The notes under the pieces are model-generated. The model was not told the origin of the DNA, made no database searches, and saw only the letters and a program-made list of their open reading frames with translations. From Nymphaea colorata (lineage: Eukaryota), in contig NC_045138.2 in assembly GCF_008831285.2 (NCBI RefSeq), positions 23,498,001-23,562,000 of the forward strand: a stretch of DNA of 64,000 nucleotides, in the 5' to 3' direction. Shown in pieces: positions 52,224 to 64,000 of the stretch. Numbering within the stretch: the stretch's first letter is position 1; the number at the start of each line of letters is the position of its first letter. The position numbers and the translations under genes are program-made.

Positions 52224-55200
52224 TGTTGAATGTTATTGCCTGTAGCGGTTGAAAAAGATCGCCCAAAAATCAAGAGGATGAGTTGTTAGGCGTTGCAGAT
52301 TGAGAAATCACAATGAATTAGGAATGATAATCTTGTACGAGAAGAAATCAGGGATATGAACGTTTCTTGTTCTTATCCAATAGCCTCTATATATATACCT
52401 TGTAAATGATTCATAAACACAATACAATTTCTTCATTCTCAGTTCCTTTCATTGTCTCTCTTCCTCTCAATTTATCATGGTATCAGAGCCTTGTTGAAGT
52501 CGACCAAGGCAAGCATGGGCAGCATCTGCTCACGTTGCTTCCATCTTCACGGTTTTCCCAAGAAGAGCACGTCTAATGGCCAACAACAGCAGCCTCAAGC
52601 AAATCTTCATTCTTCCAATGATGCATTGTCAATCCCTCCATCTAAAAAGCCTCAAGAACAGCCAACTTCCTTCACGCCAGATATGTACCGTCAGTTTATG
52701 AAATTTATAAATTCCAAAACACTGAAAGTCAACCTCGTAGGTATATTAAATTCACCCATTGTCTGTTTGGCCTCCTCTCAAGTATGGATAATTGATACCG
52801 GAGCTACACATCATGTTACCAATTGCTTGTCTAACCTTGTTTCACCTTCTTTAGCTCAGTCTAGTCCTGTTAAGCTCCCTAATGGTTCGACAACTCCAAT
52901 TACTCATGTTGGTCAGTTGCATTTAAATTCCTCTATCATGTTACATCACATCCTGTGTGTTCCCACCTTTTCTTTTAACCTTATATTTGTGTCTAAGTTG
53001 GTTGCTAAAAACAATTGTTATGTTATCTTTGATACTCATTATTGTACAATTCAGGATCGACGCTCGATGAGGATGATTGGGAAGGGTAGGATGGAGAATG
53101 GCTTGTATATCCTTGAAGATGAAGAACCACCCGCCGCCGCAACCTCGCCAAACCAATCCCATTTATGGCATGTTAGACTCGGTCACCCTTCACTTGCTCG
53201 CCTAAAAATCATTATTTAGTTTTATTGATTCTTCTCATGTTAATGAACATTGCTCCATATGTTATCTTGCCAAACAAGCTCGGTTACCATTTCCCAATAG
53301 TTCTATATTTACCATTAGCATATTTCAATTGATTCATTGTGATATTTGAGGAGGTTATCAAACACCTTCACTATCTGGTGCTCATTATTTTCTCACTATT
53401 GTGGACGATTTTTCACATTGCACATGGGTCTTTCTCATGCGTTACAAATCTGAAGCATTTTTTTATATTCAAAAATTCATTAATCTCGTGAAAAATTAAT
53501 TTCAAACCTCCATTAAAAAAAAAACTGTTGTGATAATGGAGCTGAATTTTTTTCTGCAAATATGGAAAATCTTTTACACCATAAGGGCATTGAACGTCAA
53601 CATTCTTGCATCACTACACCCCAACAAAATGGTGCGCTTGAACGTAAACACAAAGATCTTTTAAATATTGTCCGTGCACTTTGTTTTCAAGCATGCTTAC
53701 CTATAAAATTTTGAGGAAAATGTGTTTTAACGGCAGCCTATTTACTCAACCGTTTGTCCACTCATCCTTTACAAGAAAAAACCCCTTATGAGGTTCTTTA
53801 TGGGCAAACTCCCAAATATGATCATATTGGGGCTTTTGACTGCTTATGTTATGCTTACAACATTAGTAAGGCACACAAATTTAATTCGCGCTCACGCAAA
53901 TGTGTCTTTATCGGATACCCTTTTGGTCAAACTGCCAATAAACTTTATGATCTTGACCGTCATGAAATTTTTATTAGTCGAAATGTTAGGTTTATAGAAA
54001 GCATATTTCCTTTTCAAAACCATAAAGACCAAGATAGTAAGGATGTTATACCTCTCCCATCTCAAGAATCACTTGAATATGAATATCATGCTCATGCACC
54101 TAGCCCACAACAACCAACCCAACCTTAAACCCTTAGACCCTCACCACAACCAGATGACCACCAACCCACCACCGTTGAAGCTATCACCACCAACCATGAT
54201 TCCCGTGAACCTTCATTACGGCGATCAACTAGACAGCACATCCATCTTCACGACTCAAGGATTATCAATGTCATTCCATTGCTCAGCCCACATCATCTGA
54301 ATCAACGTTAGTGCCTATGCAACCTAACGGAACAAGGTACCCCATGAGTCAATACCTCCATTTACACAAGTTTTCTCCTAAATATCAAGTGTTTCTTACA
54401 TTCTCACTCACCATGAGCCATCCACTTTCCAAGAAGCAATGCAACATCAAGAATGGATAGATGCTATGGCTGCTGAAATTCGGGCACTAGAAGCAAACTC
54501 CATTTGGGAGGTGGTTTCTCTCCCACCAGGAAAACACCTTATTGGCTGCTGATGGGTATATAAAATCAAATATCATGAAGATGGCACAATCGAGCGATAC
54601 AAGGCTCGCCTCGTTACTAAGGGTTATACTCAAACAGAAGGCATTGATTACACATAGTCATTCCCTCCAGTCGCTAAAATTACCATCATTCGGTGTTTCT
54701 TATCCACTGCAGCCATCAAAGGATGGAGCCTTTTTCAAATTGATGTCAACAATGTCTTCCTCCATGGTGATTTACATGAAGAAGTCTATATGACACTTCC
54801 TCCTGGTTTTACCCGACAAGGGGAGAATAAGGTGTGTCGAAGAAACAAATCTTTATATAGACTCAAACAGTCATCTCGCAACTTGTTTTTTAAATTGACA
54901 GATACCCTCAAGCAACTTGACTTCACTCAATCTAAGGCAGACTATTCATTGTTTTCCAATATCAATAAACAGGGCAGCGTTTTCATAATTGTATATGTCG
55001 ATGACATAATCATCGCAAGAGACAATCGTGATGCCATCGAGAAACTGAAAGTCATCATCAATAGTAAATTTCAGTTGAAAGATTTGGGAGAATTAAAATA
55101 TTTTTTGGGCATTGAAGTAGCTCAATCCAAGAAATGGATATTCTTATCCCAAAAGAAGTACAACATGGACATGTTACATGAAGCCGGATACAGTGGTGCT

Positions 55201-56233
55201 AAACCTAGCGAAACACCTATGGAACAACATTTAAAAATAGATGATGAAAGAGGGAAATTACTAAAGGATCCTACCTTTTTCAAGAAAATAATTAGTCATT
55301 TAGTTTATCTAACCATTACACGACCCGATATCTTGCAAAGTGTCCACATGTTGAGTCAATTCATGTCACAGCCAAGAACAACACGTTTAGAGGCAGCCTT
55401 CAGGATCTTTCGATACATCAAATCTACAGCAAGTTATGGGATTCTGCTATCATCTCATAGTGACATAATAATTAAAGCTTTTTGCAGTTCGAATTGGGCA
55501 TCTTGCCCAATGTCAAGGAGATCCACTTCAGTTTTTTGCATTTTCATTGGAGAAAGCCCAATATCTTGGAAAGTTAAGAAACAAACAACCGTTTCGAGGT
55601 CTTCAGCAGAAGCCAAATATAGAGCAATGGCATTGACTTCTTGCGAGATGACTTGGATAAGGTACATTTTAATGACTTTGGAATTACTCATCATCAACCA
55701 ATGGAATTGCATTGTGACAATCAAGCAGCAATACACATATCTGCAAATCCGGTGTTTCACGAAAGGATGAAACATATTGAAATTGACTGCCATGTCGTTC
55801 GAGAGAAGATCCAAAGAAAAGAAATTTGTACTAAGCAAATTGACATTGAAAATCAAACTGCAAACATTTTTACTAAGGCATTGGCAAAGGACTCATTTGT
55901 AAAATTCAGATGCAAGTTGGGTCTCATCGATCCTGGAGCACCAACTTGTGGGGGAGTGTTGAATGTTACTGCCTGTAACGGTTGAAAAAGATCGCCCAAA
56001 ATCAAGGAATCAAGATCGCCCAAAATCAAGAGGATGAGTTGTTAGACGTTGCAGATTGAGAAATCGCAATGAATTAGGAATGATAATCTTGTACGAACAG
56101 AAATCAGGGATATGAACGTTTCTTGTTCTTATCCAATAGCCTCTATATATACACCTTGTAAATGATTCATAAACACAATACAATTTCTTCATTCTCTTTT
56201 CCTTTCGTTGTCTCTCTTCCTCTCAATTTATCA
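52224..56233 (+). mobile_element. Ty1/Copia LTR retrotransposon lacking most of gag; LTRs 52224-52477 and 55957-56233
   Basis: TG...CA LTRs, TSD TCTCC (52219-52223, 56234-56238), PBS TGGTATCAGAGCC at 52478-52490 and PPT GGGGGAG. Coding remnants are protease WIIDTGATHH, LWHVRLGHPS, RT VYVDDII and RNase H KHIEIDCH. Confidence 0.95.
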
Positions 56234-59144
56234 TCTCCTTCCCATCCCAAACCCTAACCCTACTCCCAGCCATCACTGCAGGCCCTCCGCCCAACATCTG
56301 GGTTGAGAGCAACCTTGATCAGATCATGTCTACTAATCTCTCACTCAAGGAGACAATGAATTCCAATCCACTGATTGCCCTACCAGCCATAAGCATGGAT
56401 GCCTTGGCAATTATGCCCCATCACTGCAAATCATGCCATTTTGAGCTGGTACAATGGCGCACCAGGCAGCCCTTCTATGTCTCAAAAATAAAAGAACTGG
56501 TAAAAGCAGTCAAGAAGCTGGGAGGTGTATTCATGTGTTTGTCTGCCACTTACATTATGATGATTTCTTAAACCTTTCTATTTACTACATCTCTCAAAGG
56601 ACAAAGAGAGTGGACGAGTGATAGTCAAGTTGAGGATGTTAGAAAAAACTTGCTGCAATTATTTGCAAAAATGTGTACATGTATCAATTTGTGTTGTTAG
56701 CATATGGTTGCTTGTTGTCTTATATCCTTGTTGGTGTTTATTTTGGTTCATGCTAGCATTGACGACACAAAGCATGCCACATATATTGTTGGTGTCCATT
56801 TTGATTGTGCTTCTTACTCTTCCCTGTTTCGCTTTCTTTGCTTCCTACTTTTCCACCTTGCTTCACATAATCTTTGCTTATAAGATGCAAATGTGCCAAC
56901 ATCTTGTTTGTTTTGCCCGCTTAATAGGGAATGCCTTGCACACATTGGAGAATGAATTTTAGCACTCAATCACTTGAAATGGACAAAAACATATAGCTGA
57001 GATATTTTTTTATAATTGTAATGTTCAGGTTTGCATGGTACTGATGTTCCCTTTTAGGTTTACATGGTAATAATGTACATGAATTATCTCATTAGATTTC
57101 TTATGAGATAATAAGAATTTTCTCAACATTGCAAATATTTTCAAGCTTTGCTATCATTTGTTGCCATGAATCAAGAACAAAATATTCAGTTGTAAGTAAG
57201 AGGTGGCATACCCATCTGGGAGCCATGCTCGGGTGATCTGGACATATATTAGTAGCGTGTTACTTGTGTTACTATTTTTATCTTCATCAATAATCCACAA
57301 CTTTTTCGTAACAAAATGAATATACAGTGAGGTTTTATGAGAAGGTTTAAATTATAGTTTCAAAATTTTGACAGAGGCCAATATATATATATATATGAAA
57401 TCTTTTAAAATTTACATTTTTTTTTAAGGGGGAGGGGAGCGGGGTAGGTACTGCTGGCTCCATCCCTGTCAAATTTCATGTTTATCCAAGCTCAGAATTG
57501 GGAGTTTGCTGGGTTATACTTTCTGGGATTGGAAGCTTAAATAAATGAATGTCTGCTCCCCAAATTTCAGGTTGATTCTAGTTCAGGATAAGAAGATGTG
57601 ACCCTCAGTAAACGGCAGACCTCGTGGTGTCTCTGCAGCTTTTGTCCACTGTTAAGGGAGGTGACAGTTCTAGATGATGCTCAGTCAACCAGATTGAATT
57701 GGCAACATCTCCTTGCAAAATCTTACTAGCTTGTTGTTTTTTGGAAAGATAATTTTATAAGTTTCTCAATGACTATAAACTTAGAAAAATAGGAGTTTAT
57801 TTATCTTATGAAATGTGTGATCGCTGATCCCATTAATTGTAGAAGCTGGTTATGTGCACAAATCCATGTTCACAAAAAATTGTGCACAAGAGTGTGTAAT
57901 AACTAAAAATATTCTCCATTAAAATAAATATGAAAAATTTTTTAGAATGATAAAAAGGGATTGTCAAAATTTAAAAAAAAAAAGTCTAAAATATCCAACT
58001 TTATAAAAATTTTTAAAAATACCCTCATCTCTCTTTGTGCATACTTGTTGCAACATGTGCAGGCAACTATCATTTTTTTTCGAGCACTTGGCATTTGGCA
58101 GCAATGCACCGCTTCTAGCTAGTTCCATCAAGGGCTTGGTGTCGCAAGTTATGTTTGCTATATTGGTACAAAAAATTTGGTGCGCCAGTATGGTTAATTA
58201 TTAAAATATCTTTCATTAATTAAAAAAAACTTTTTTGAATTGTTAAAAAAGAAACGGAAAAAAGTTAAAAGACTAAAAATGGCACTCTTTTTTTAATAAT
58301 TTCTAAAATATCCCCACTCCGGGCACTCCCTATTTTTTTTTTTCAGAGCCTAGTACGCTCTTGGTATTGTAAGTATGCTCTGCTTTTAATGAAAGTTTTT
58401 ATGTGTGTTTAAAGTTTTCGTTCGTGTTTCGCTTATAAGCCGAATAGGAAAGTCTCTTCCCCGGAAGCATGTCTCTTTGTATATGCCTGCATAATATGTT
58501 GTTATGAATCTTTTTGTTTTATGTTGGAAGTTCTGGCCCTAGCCAGGATCTATGCGTAGGAACCATACTTTATAAGGAAGAACCTGCTGCAACATGTTTT
58601 GTTCATGAACTGATTCCCGTGTTTTTGAGTTCTTCATTTTTTGGACGAGCCATTATGTGAATCCTTTAAGACCAAAAGACTATTGTGGAAAAGAAGTACC
58701 CGTGAGGCGAGGAGGCCGTTTAGGGGAAAAATAGTACACAAACGGTGAGGTTTGAATGGGATGACAAGGTGTCGCACATGGTGTTCTATGAAAGGAGAAT
58801 ACAACAAGTTTTCAAAATCGGGGGAATCATACCATAAGCTTACCATGTTTCAGTTTGTTCTTTTTTATAATAGATGTGTTATCTGTTCGTAGAACCCTGT
58901 TTTTGTGAAAGGAATTTTTTCAACCTAAAAACAATAGACTCGCAAATAGAGTGAAGTTGTATGCTTGATACATAGGACTGTGGGATAGAAAGAGATGAGT
59001 ACCTAGTAGGCTCAAGAACCTTTTGATCTAAAAAAACCGTACCTTAAGACCTCTTTGATTTCAGCACACTGTGTTTCTCAAAAAATCCAAAAATATTTAC
59101 TAGCCAAAATTAATAGTTTACTGAATTTTCTTTCGTATTATTAT

Positions 59145-59868
59145 ATGCATAGAGTAGAATATTTGAATCTTGAAATATACCCAAACCATAAAGATATAAT
59201 ATGCTAACTCAAAGAGACCCAAAAATTTACAATAAACAGGTGACACATATAGCTAGAAGCAAAGTTATAAAATATCTCCGGAAAATTGTAACTGTTAAGA
59301 GATTTATAAACAAATTAAAAAGATTAGTGTTTCTTAAGCAAATAGAGCAACACTGGCATATGATAGAATTACAGCCAGACGATAATTATTCAGACTACTC
59401 GGACTATGAAGAATATTTATACAACGAATGGTACGAACCCTGAACGTTTGCCATATCATTACTCCACCATATGAATTGACTAGAATACCTCAACCTAGAA
59501 CTATACCAAAAATCTAAGAGTACTGTAAAAAACAATCAATTTAGTCATACATGTTATTTTCAAAATGGAAAACATCTACTTCATAATGAGGACACTAGTC
59601 TCATGTCTCAACAACTAAATTGTATAACTGATCTACACATTTCCTTAGCACAAAGCTTAGAATCCTACAATACTAAGAACCAGGTCTTTTTACAACCCAT
59701 ATTTAATACATTAAGAAATAATATTTTTAAAGACATATTAGAAAACCAAAGACATCTAAAAGACCAACTAGCCACAATTTTAGTAAACTAGGAAAGCTTA
59801 CAAGCATATAAAGATAATACTGAAATCATAAAATTAATAACTGAAATCAAGCAAATAATCCTACGCTG
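59145..59868 (+). pseudogene. Viral ORF1 (or two small ORFs), function unknown, disrupted
   Basis: Fragments 59145-59200, 59201-59443 and 59603-59791 continue to ...ITEIKQIILR* at 59868. The C-terminus is coiled-coil-like. Confidence 0.5.
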
Positions 59869-59871
59869 AAT

Positions 59872-62312
59872 ATGGATTATATTTCGAAAACCTTAGCCAA
59901 AATAGAGTATAAACATGAGCATGAATGGAAACACAGATCAGGAAGTAGTGACCATCAATGCATCTTTTGTAATGGGTATCCTAGTATAGAACTAAGATTT
60001 CAGTGCAAGATTTGTACGACTGAAGCATGCAAATTTTGTCTAGAACAAAGACAGTATCAATTTCTTCTAGAAAAAATGATTGGACGAAAAGATGACACTA
60101 TAGAAAAACGAATCCTTGCAGTAGAAAATAGAATTGATGATATAGAAAAAACCTTAGCCATAACTAAACTAAAAATAGGATCCTTAGAAAACAAGATAGT
60201 GAAGTTTGATCCAATAAATTACGAGATGTCGAATATCAAAGGGAAAAGCATAATTTTGGAAAAAGGTGAAAGGGCACTAACTACTATAACCTTTCCCAAT
60301 ATGAAGACTGACCATAAGGAACAAAGAAGAACAGGTATCAGAATTCCTTGTATATTCAAGATAGAAAAGTGGAAGTTAGAAATAGATGCCTTAATAGACA
60401 CAGGGTGTAGTGTCTCGGTGTTAGATAAAGCATTGGTTCCACCAGAATATCATAGAAGCCTAGACCTTACCTTACAACTTTGGGCAGAACAAATGGATGG
60501 ATCCTTACACAAATATGATGAAGAAATATGCAAATATAAAATAGCTTTTAGACTCTCTGAAGAAGAACATACTGCCTACCAACCAGGGCCTAAGACATTC
60601 ATTAGACATATGCAATTACATGATAGTACGAAATGCATTATATGACTAAATTTCATTCTAGAAAATATGGCCGAGTTTGTCATAACCAGGACAGGCCTTT
60701 CTTTTCTTACCAACCAAGTTTCTTGGGTCCTAGAATGGAAATTATATGGAAATAAAGGCTGTAAATGTAAAATTTCAGGAGTCTGCAAAGAAAAAATTGA
60801 CCTAACCTACCCTGAAGAAGAAGATGACCTAGAAGAATTAGAAATAGACCCCGATTATAACCTTATAAATATATAAAAAATCTATAATAAATTAGAAACA
60901 GGCTGTATAGAAATAGATGACTTGCTCAGAATATTAGAAAATGATGAAATCAGAGGAGAAATACCTACTAAACATTGGGATCGTAATAAGATAGAATGTA
61001 TCCTACAGATAAAAGACCCAAGATTCACTATTTCCAACAAAAAGATAAATGCTACGAATGACAATATTAAAGTTTTTGAAATGCATATAAATGAATTGTT
61101 GAAACTAGGAGTCATAAGGAGAAGCATAAGCCCTCACAGGAGTCCTGCTTTTAAACATAGTGAACAAGTTCGTGGAAAATCAAGAATGGTCATAGACTAT
61201 AGGCGACTTAATGATAACACCATAGAAGACTCTTATGATATACCTGATAAGACTGAATTAATCAATAGTATACAACACAGTAAAATATTTAGTAAATTTG
61301 ATTGCAAATCTGGATTCTGGCAAGTAAAAATACATACGGATAGTATTCAATGGGCTGCATTTACTTGTCCCTTAGGAAGCTTTGAATGGTTAGTCATGCC
61401 TTTTGGCTTAAAAAATGCTCCTGCTATATTCCAACGAAAAATGGATATGATATTTAGCCAATATAGAGGATTTGTGTGTATTTATATAGATGATATTTTT
61501 GTTCATAGTAAAACACAACCAGATCATATAGGCCACTTAAAAAGAGTGTTAGGAGAATTTCTACGTAATGAAATTATAACCAGTATTAAAAAGGCACAGT
61601 TCTTTAGAACACACAGGATATTTAGGTGTAGAGATTGGTGATGGAAAAGTCAAACTACAACCACATATAGCAACTAAAGCTTTAGAATTTGAGATACATG
61701 ATATTAAAAGCCTTCAATGGTTTTTAGGATTAGTAAACTATGCTAGACCATTTATTAAAGACTTAGAAAAAATGGTCGGCCCATTATATAGTAAACTCGG
61801 CCAAACTTGGGTTAAAGCTTTTAATACAGAAGATATGAAACAAATAGAAAAAGTCAAGCAATAAAGTACTTACCAGAAATGTATCTACCCCTAGATTCAG
61901 ATTTTTTAATAATTGAAACGGATGGATGTATTAACGGGTGGGGAGCAGTGTTAAAAAGGAAACCCAATAAGTATGCTTTCAAAATAACTGAAGTCGTCTG
62001 CAGATATAGCAGCGGCCAGTACAAAGAAAAGGGACTCTCCAGTAGTATAGATCAGAAATTCTTACAGTAATATATGGGCTCAATAGTTTTCGCTTATTTT
62101 TGCTCAACAAAAAAGAAATAATAGTTAGGACCGATTGTGATGCTATTGTAAAGTTTTATGAAAATAAAAATTCTAAAAGAATAAGTCAGAGAAGATGGAT
62201 ATCCTTTAAAGATACCCTTATAAACCAAAATTATAAAGTAACATTTGAACACATAAAAGGAGAAAACAATCGTCTAGCCGATATGTTAAGTAGATTGTTA
62301 AAAGATGAATAG
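59872..62312 (+). pseudogene. Viral polyprotein: Cys motif, aspartic protease, RT, RNase H; disrupted
   Basis: ORFs at 59872, 60667 and 60922 share one frame and are split by single stops, with frameshifts after ~61610. Motifs are CX2CX11CX2CX4CX2C, protease LIDTGC (~60390) and YIDD at 61483-61494. RNase H ends LADMLSRLLKDE*. Confidence 0.92.
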
Positions 62313-62553
62313 AGACATTGATGTTTATGAATCTGAAATAAGAAGACTTAATAAAATTGTCAGTTATCTCGACCAATCTAGAGTAAGGTTACATGACCTT
62401 AACCCTGCTTTCTCCATCGAGATCAGAAAAGTTAGTGATGATCTTTTAGACATTGTTTTAAGCATGCAACAGTTAGTTGATGACATGAAACAAGAAAGGG
62501 TTCAAGCATCTTCATCTCGTTCTTCAAATGACACTTCTGCATGTAGACATTAG
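62305..62553 (+). CDS. Small viral ORF (82 aa, predicted coiled-coil), overlapping the pol stop
   Basis: An open ORF whose ATG overlaps the last pol codons, with a heptad-like hydrophobic pattern. Confidence 0.5.
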   Translation: MNRDIDVYESEIRRLNKIVSYLDQSRVRLHDLNPAFSIEIRKVSDDLLDIVLSMQQLVDDMKQERVQASSSRSSNDTSACRH

Positions 62554-62613
62554 TCATGGTAGACAAGATAGAATGCATTGTTTCATTTAATATTTTTCTT
62601 ATTACAGGACAAG

Positions 62614-63997
62614 ATGGCCTCTACAAACCAGTTGCCCCTTGACCCAGACCTAGGATTACCAATCTTCCCACCTCATTCAAATTTGGTCTTTCGAACTTCT
62701 CCAGGCTTCATCCTTGATATAAAAGATCATGTCCTTCTAGACAACCTTTGGCAAAACAAAAGAAATCCCTCACACTCAAAAATCATTTCCTTATTAGCCA
62801 GCCATCTCAACTTGAAAAACAGGCAACTTCAATCCAAAACTCTGCCCGAACTCTCCCTGGATCATATAACCCAACGACCTCAAACCTTGGATGTTATCTT
62901 ACCCTAGAAAGGAGCCTAAAAGCAGCCCGAGCAGAAATAAGTTGGCGGAAAAAGGAAAAAGAAGAGCTAAATGAAAAAATACAAGCTCTAGAAACAGAGA
63001 ATATACTCTTCAGGGAACATGTTGAAGAAGAAACTAGGAAATTAGGAGAAAAAAGAGAAACAGTTCCCCCAAACATCCCATTAGTCAAGGAACAGATCTA
63101 TCATTTGGTGATGAAGGCAAAAAGAAAATAACAAGTTGACATGCAGAATCTATTAAGGACCATGGCACGACATTCAAAGAAGAGAAAGCCTGGTTTGGAA
63201 TTTGCTTTGCTGAAACATAAACATAACCCACATGAAGAAAGTTCTTTCTGTGAATGTGAACAAGGATTTTCCATTATACAAGCCACTCTTAACCTTAGAA
63301 AGTGGCAGGACCAAGAGATTCAGGGGATAAAACTTTCTCCCAAAACTCTTTTGGAGCAAGGATTTTTAAAACGAGTACTGGTTACGAAAGAAGAGCAGGT
63401 AAATATCTTGATTTTCATTGGCGATTGGCATACACATTAAGAAGGATGTTTAAACTTGGAAACATAAAGCCTTATGGCTATGTTAATTTAGACATTGAAA
63501 CTATTCCTCCTTCGTATGAATATCCTTGTGAAGCGAAACATGAAATTACAATCAATATCTACACTTCACTTTTTCCCCTGCAAACTCATATTCCTGAAGA
63601 AACTCTTCGAACTCTTCTTATTAATGAAGATGTATATTCCCAACTGAAGAGTTGGAGAGCTTATACAATTGCTGCAGACCAACATGCCCGGTGCACAAGA
63701 TCTACTTGTATGGTAGCTGAAGATAAAAATACACGAATCTTCCTAGCAGAGACTTGGCTTACTGAGAAATTTTACATTCCTTTCCAAAGTTTCTTACAGA
63801 TAAACCCTGGCCTCTGTGAACACTTCTGTCAAATCTATGATAGTAGTCCTGCAGAATGGACCGGTGATGATCAAAATGTCAAAGTAGTCATTCATAGAGA
63901 TGACAATGAAGATGAGTGGAATGTTGGTGATGAAAGAGAATGAGAAAATAATGAACAATACGAAGAAGAAATTATAGAAGAAATTGGAAACAACTAG
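62614..63997 (+). pseudogene. Large post-pol viral ORF (~460 aa), possibly TAV/viroplasmin-like, disrupted
   Basis: Fragments 62614-62907, 62748-63131, 63141-63440 (in frame with 62748 across one TAA) and 63302-63943 join via two frameshifts. It contains a coiled coil, a KTLLEQGFLKRV motif and an acidic tail. Confidence 0.6.
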
Positions 63998-64000
63998 GGA

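Larger units (their letters stand above)
58343..64000 (+). mobile_element. Endogenous caulimovirid (pararetrovirus), running off the window end
   Basis: PBS remnant TCAGAGCC at 58343-58350 and an A-rich coding strand. The pol is caulimovirid-type (KHWDRNK, HSEQVRGKSRMVIDYRRLND, FSKFDCKSGFWQ, EWLVMPFGLKNAP, YIDD, TDGC..GWG, RTDC.AI). No integrase follows RNase H. Confidence 0.93.

Noticed and set aside
52478..52490. TGGTATCAGAGC motifs as tRNA genes (also at 18337, 30509 and 46591)
   Set aside because: They are only the 12-16 nt complement of the tRNA-iMet 3' end next to LTRs, so they are primer-binding sites.
55455..55856. Antisense ORFs over retroelement pol regions
   Set aside because: They are shadow frames of RT and RNase H coding sequence with no independent support.
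59872..62312. RT/RNase H region as another Gypsy retrotransposon
   Set aside because: There is no integrase or LTR, and the RT and RNase H motifs plus the Cys array are caulimovirid-type.

Overview
This is flowering-plant nuclear DNA, AT-rich and dominated by transposons; the species cannot be named from the sequence. It holds one intact host gene, a 6-exon FBH/AKS-type (bHLH122/130-like) bHLH transcription factor on the minus strand (CDS 26958->20968, about 357 aa), whose first intron appears to use a GC donor. Around it are the 3' part of a chromodomain Ty3/Gypsy element with a probable ~3 kb LTR, three decayed Ty1/Copia elements with both LTRs and matching 5-bp TSDs, a near-intact hAT transposon with TIRs and an 8-bp TSD, several MITEs, a decayed plastid 16S rRNA fragment and tandem repeats. 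The most unusual feature is an endogenous caulimovirid (plant pararetrovirus) from 58343 to the window end. It begins inside a tRNA-Met primer-binding site and runs ORF1 - [Cys-motif/protease/RT/RNase H] - small coiled-coil ORF - TAV-like ORF. No movement protein or capsid zinc knuckle is visible before pol, so it may be a replicase-only component of a split or non-autonomous virus. Coordinates and alignments were read by eye and no database searches were run.
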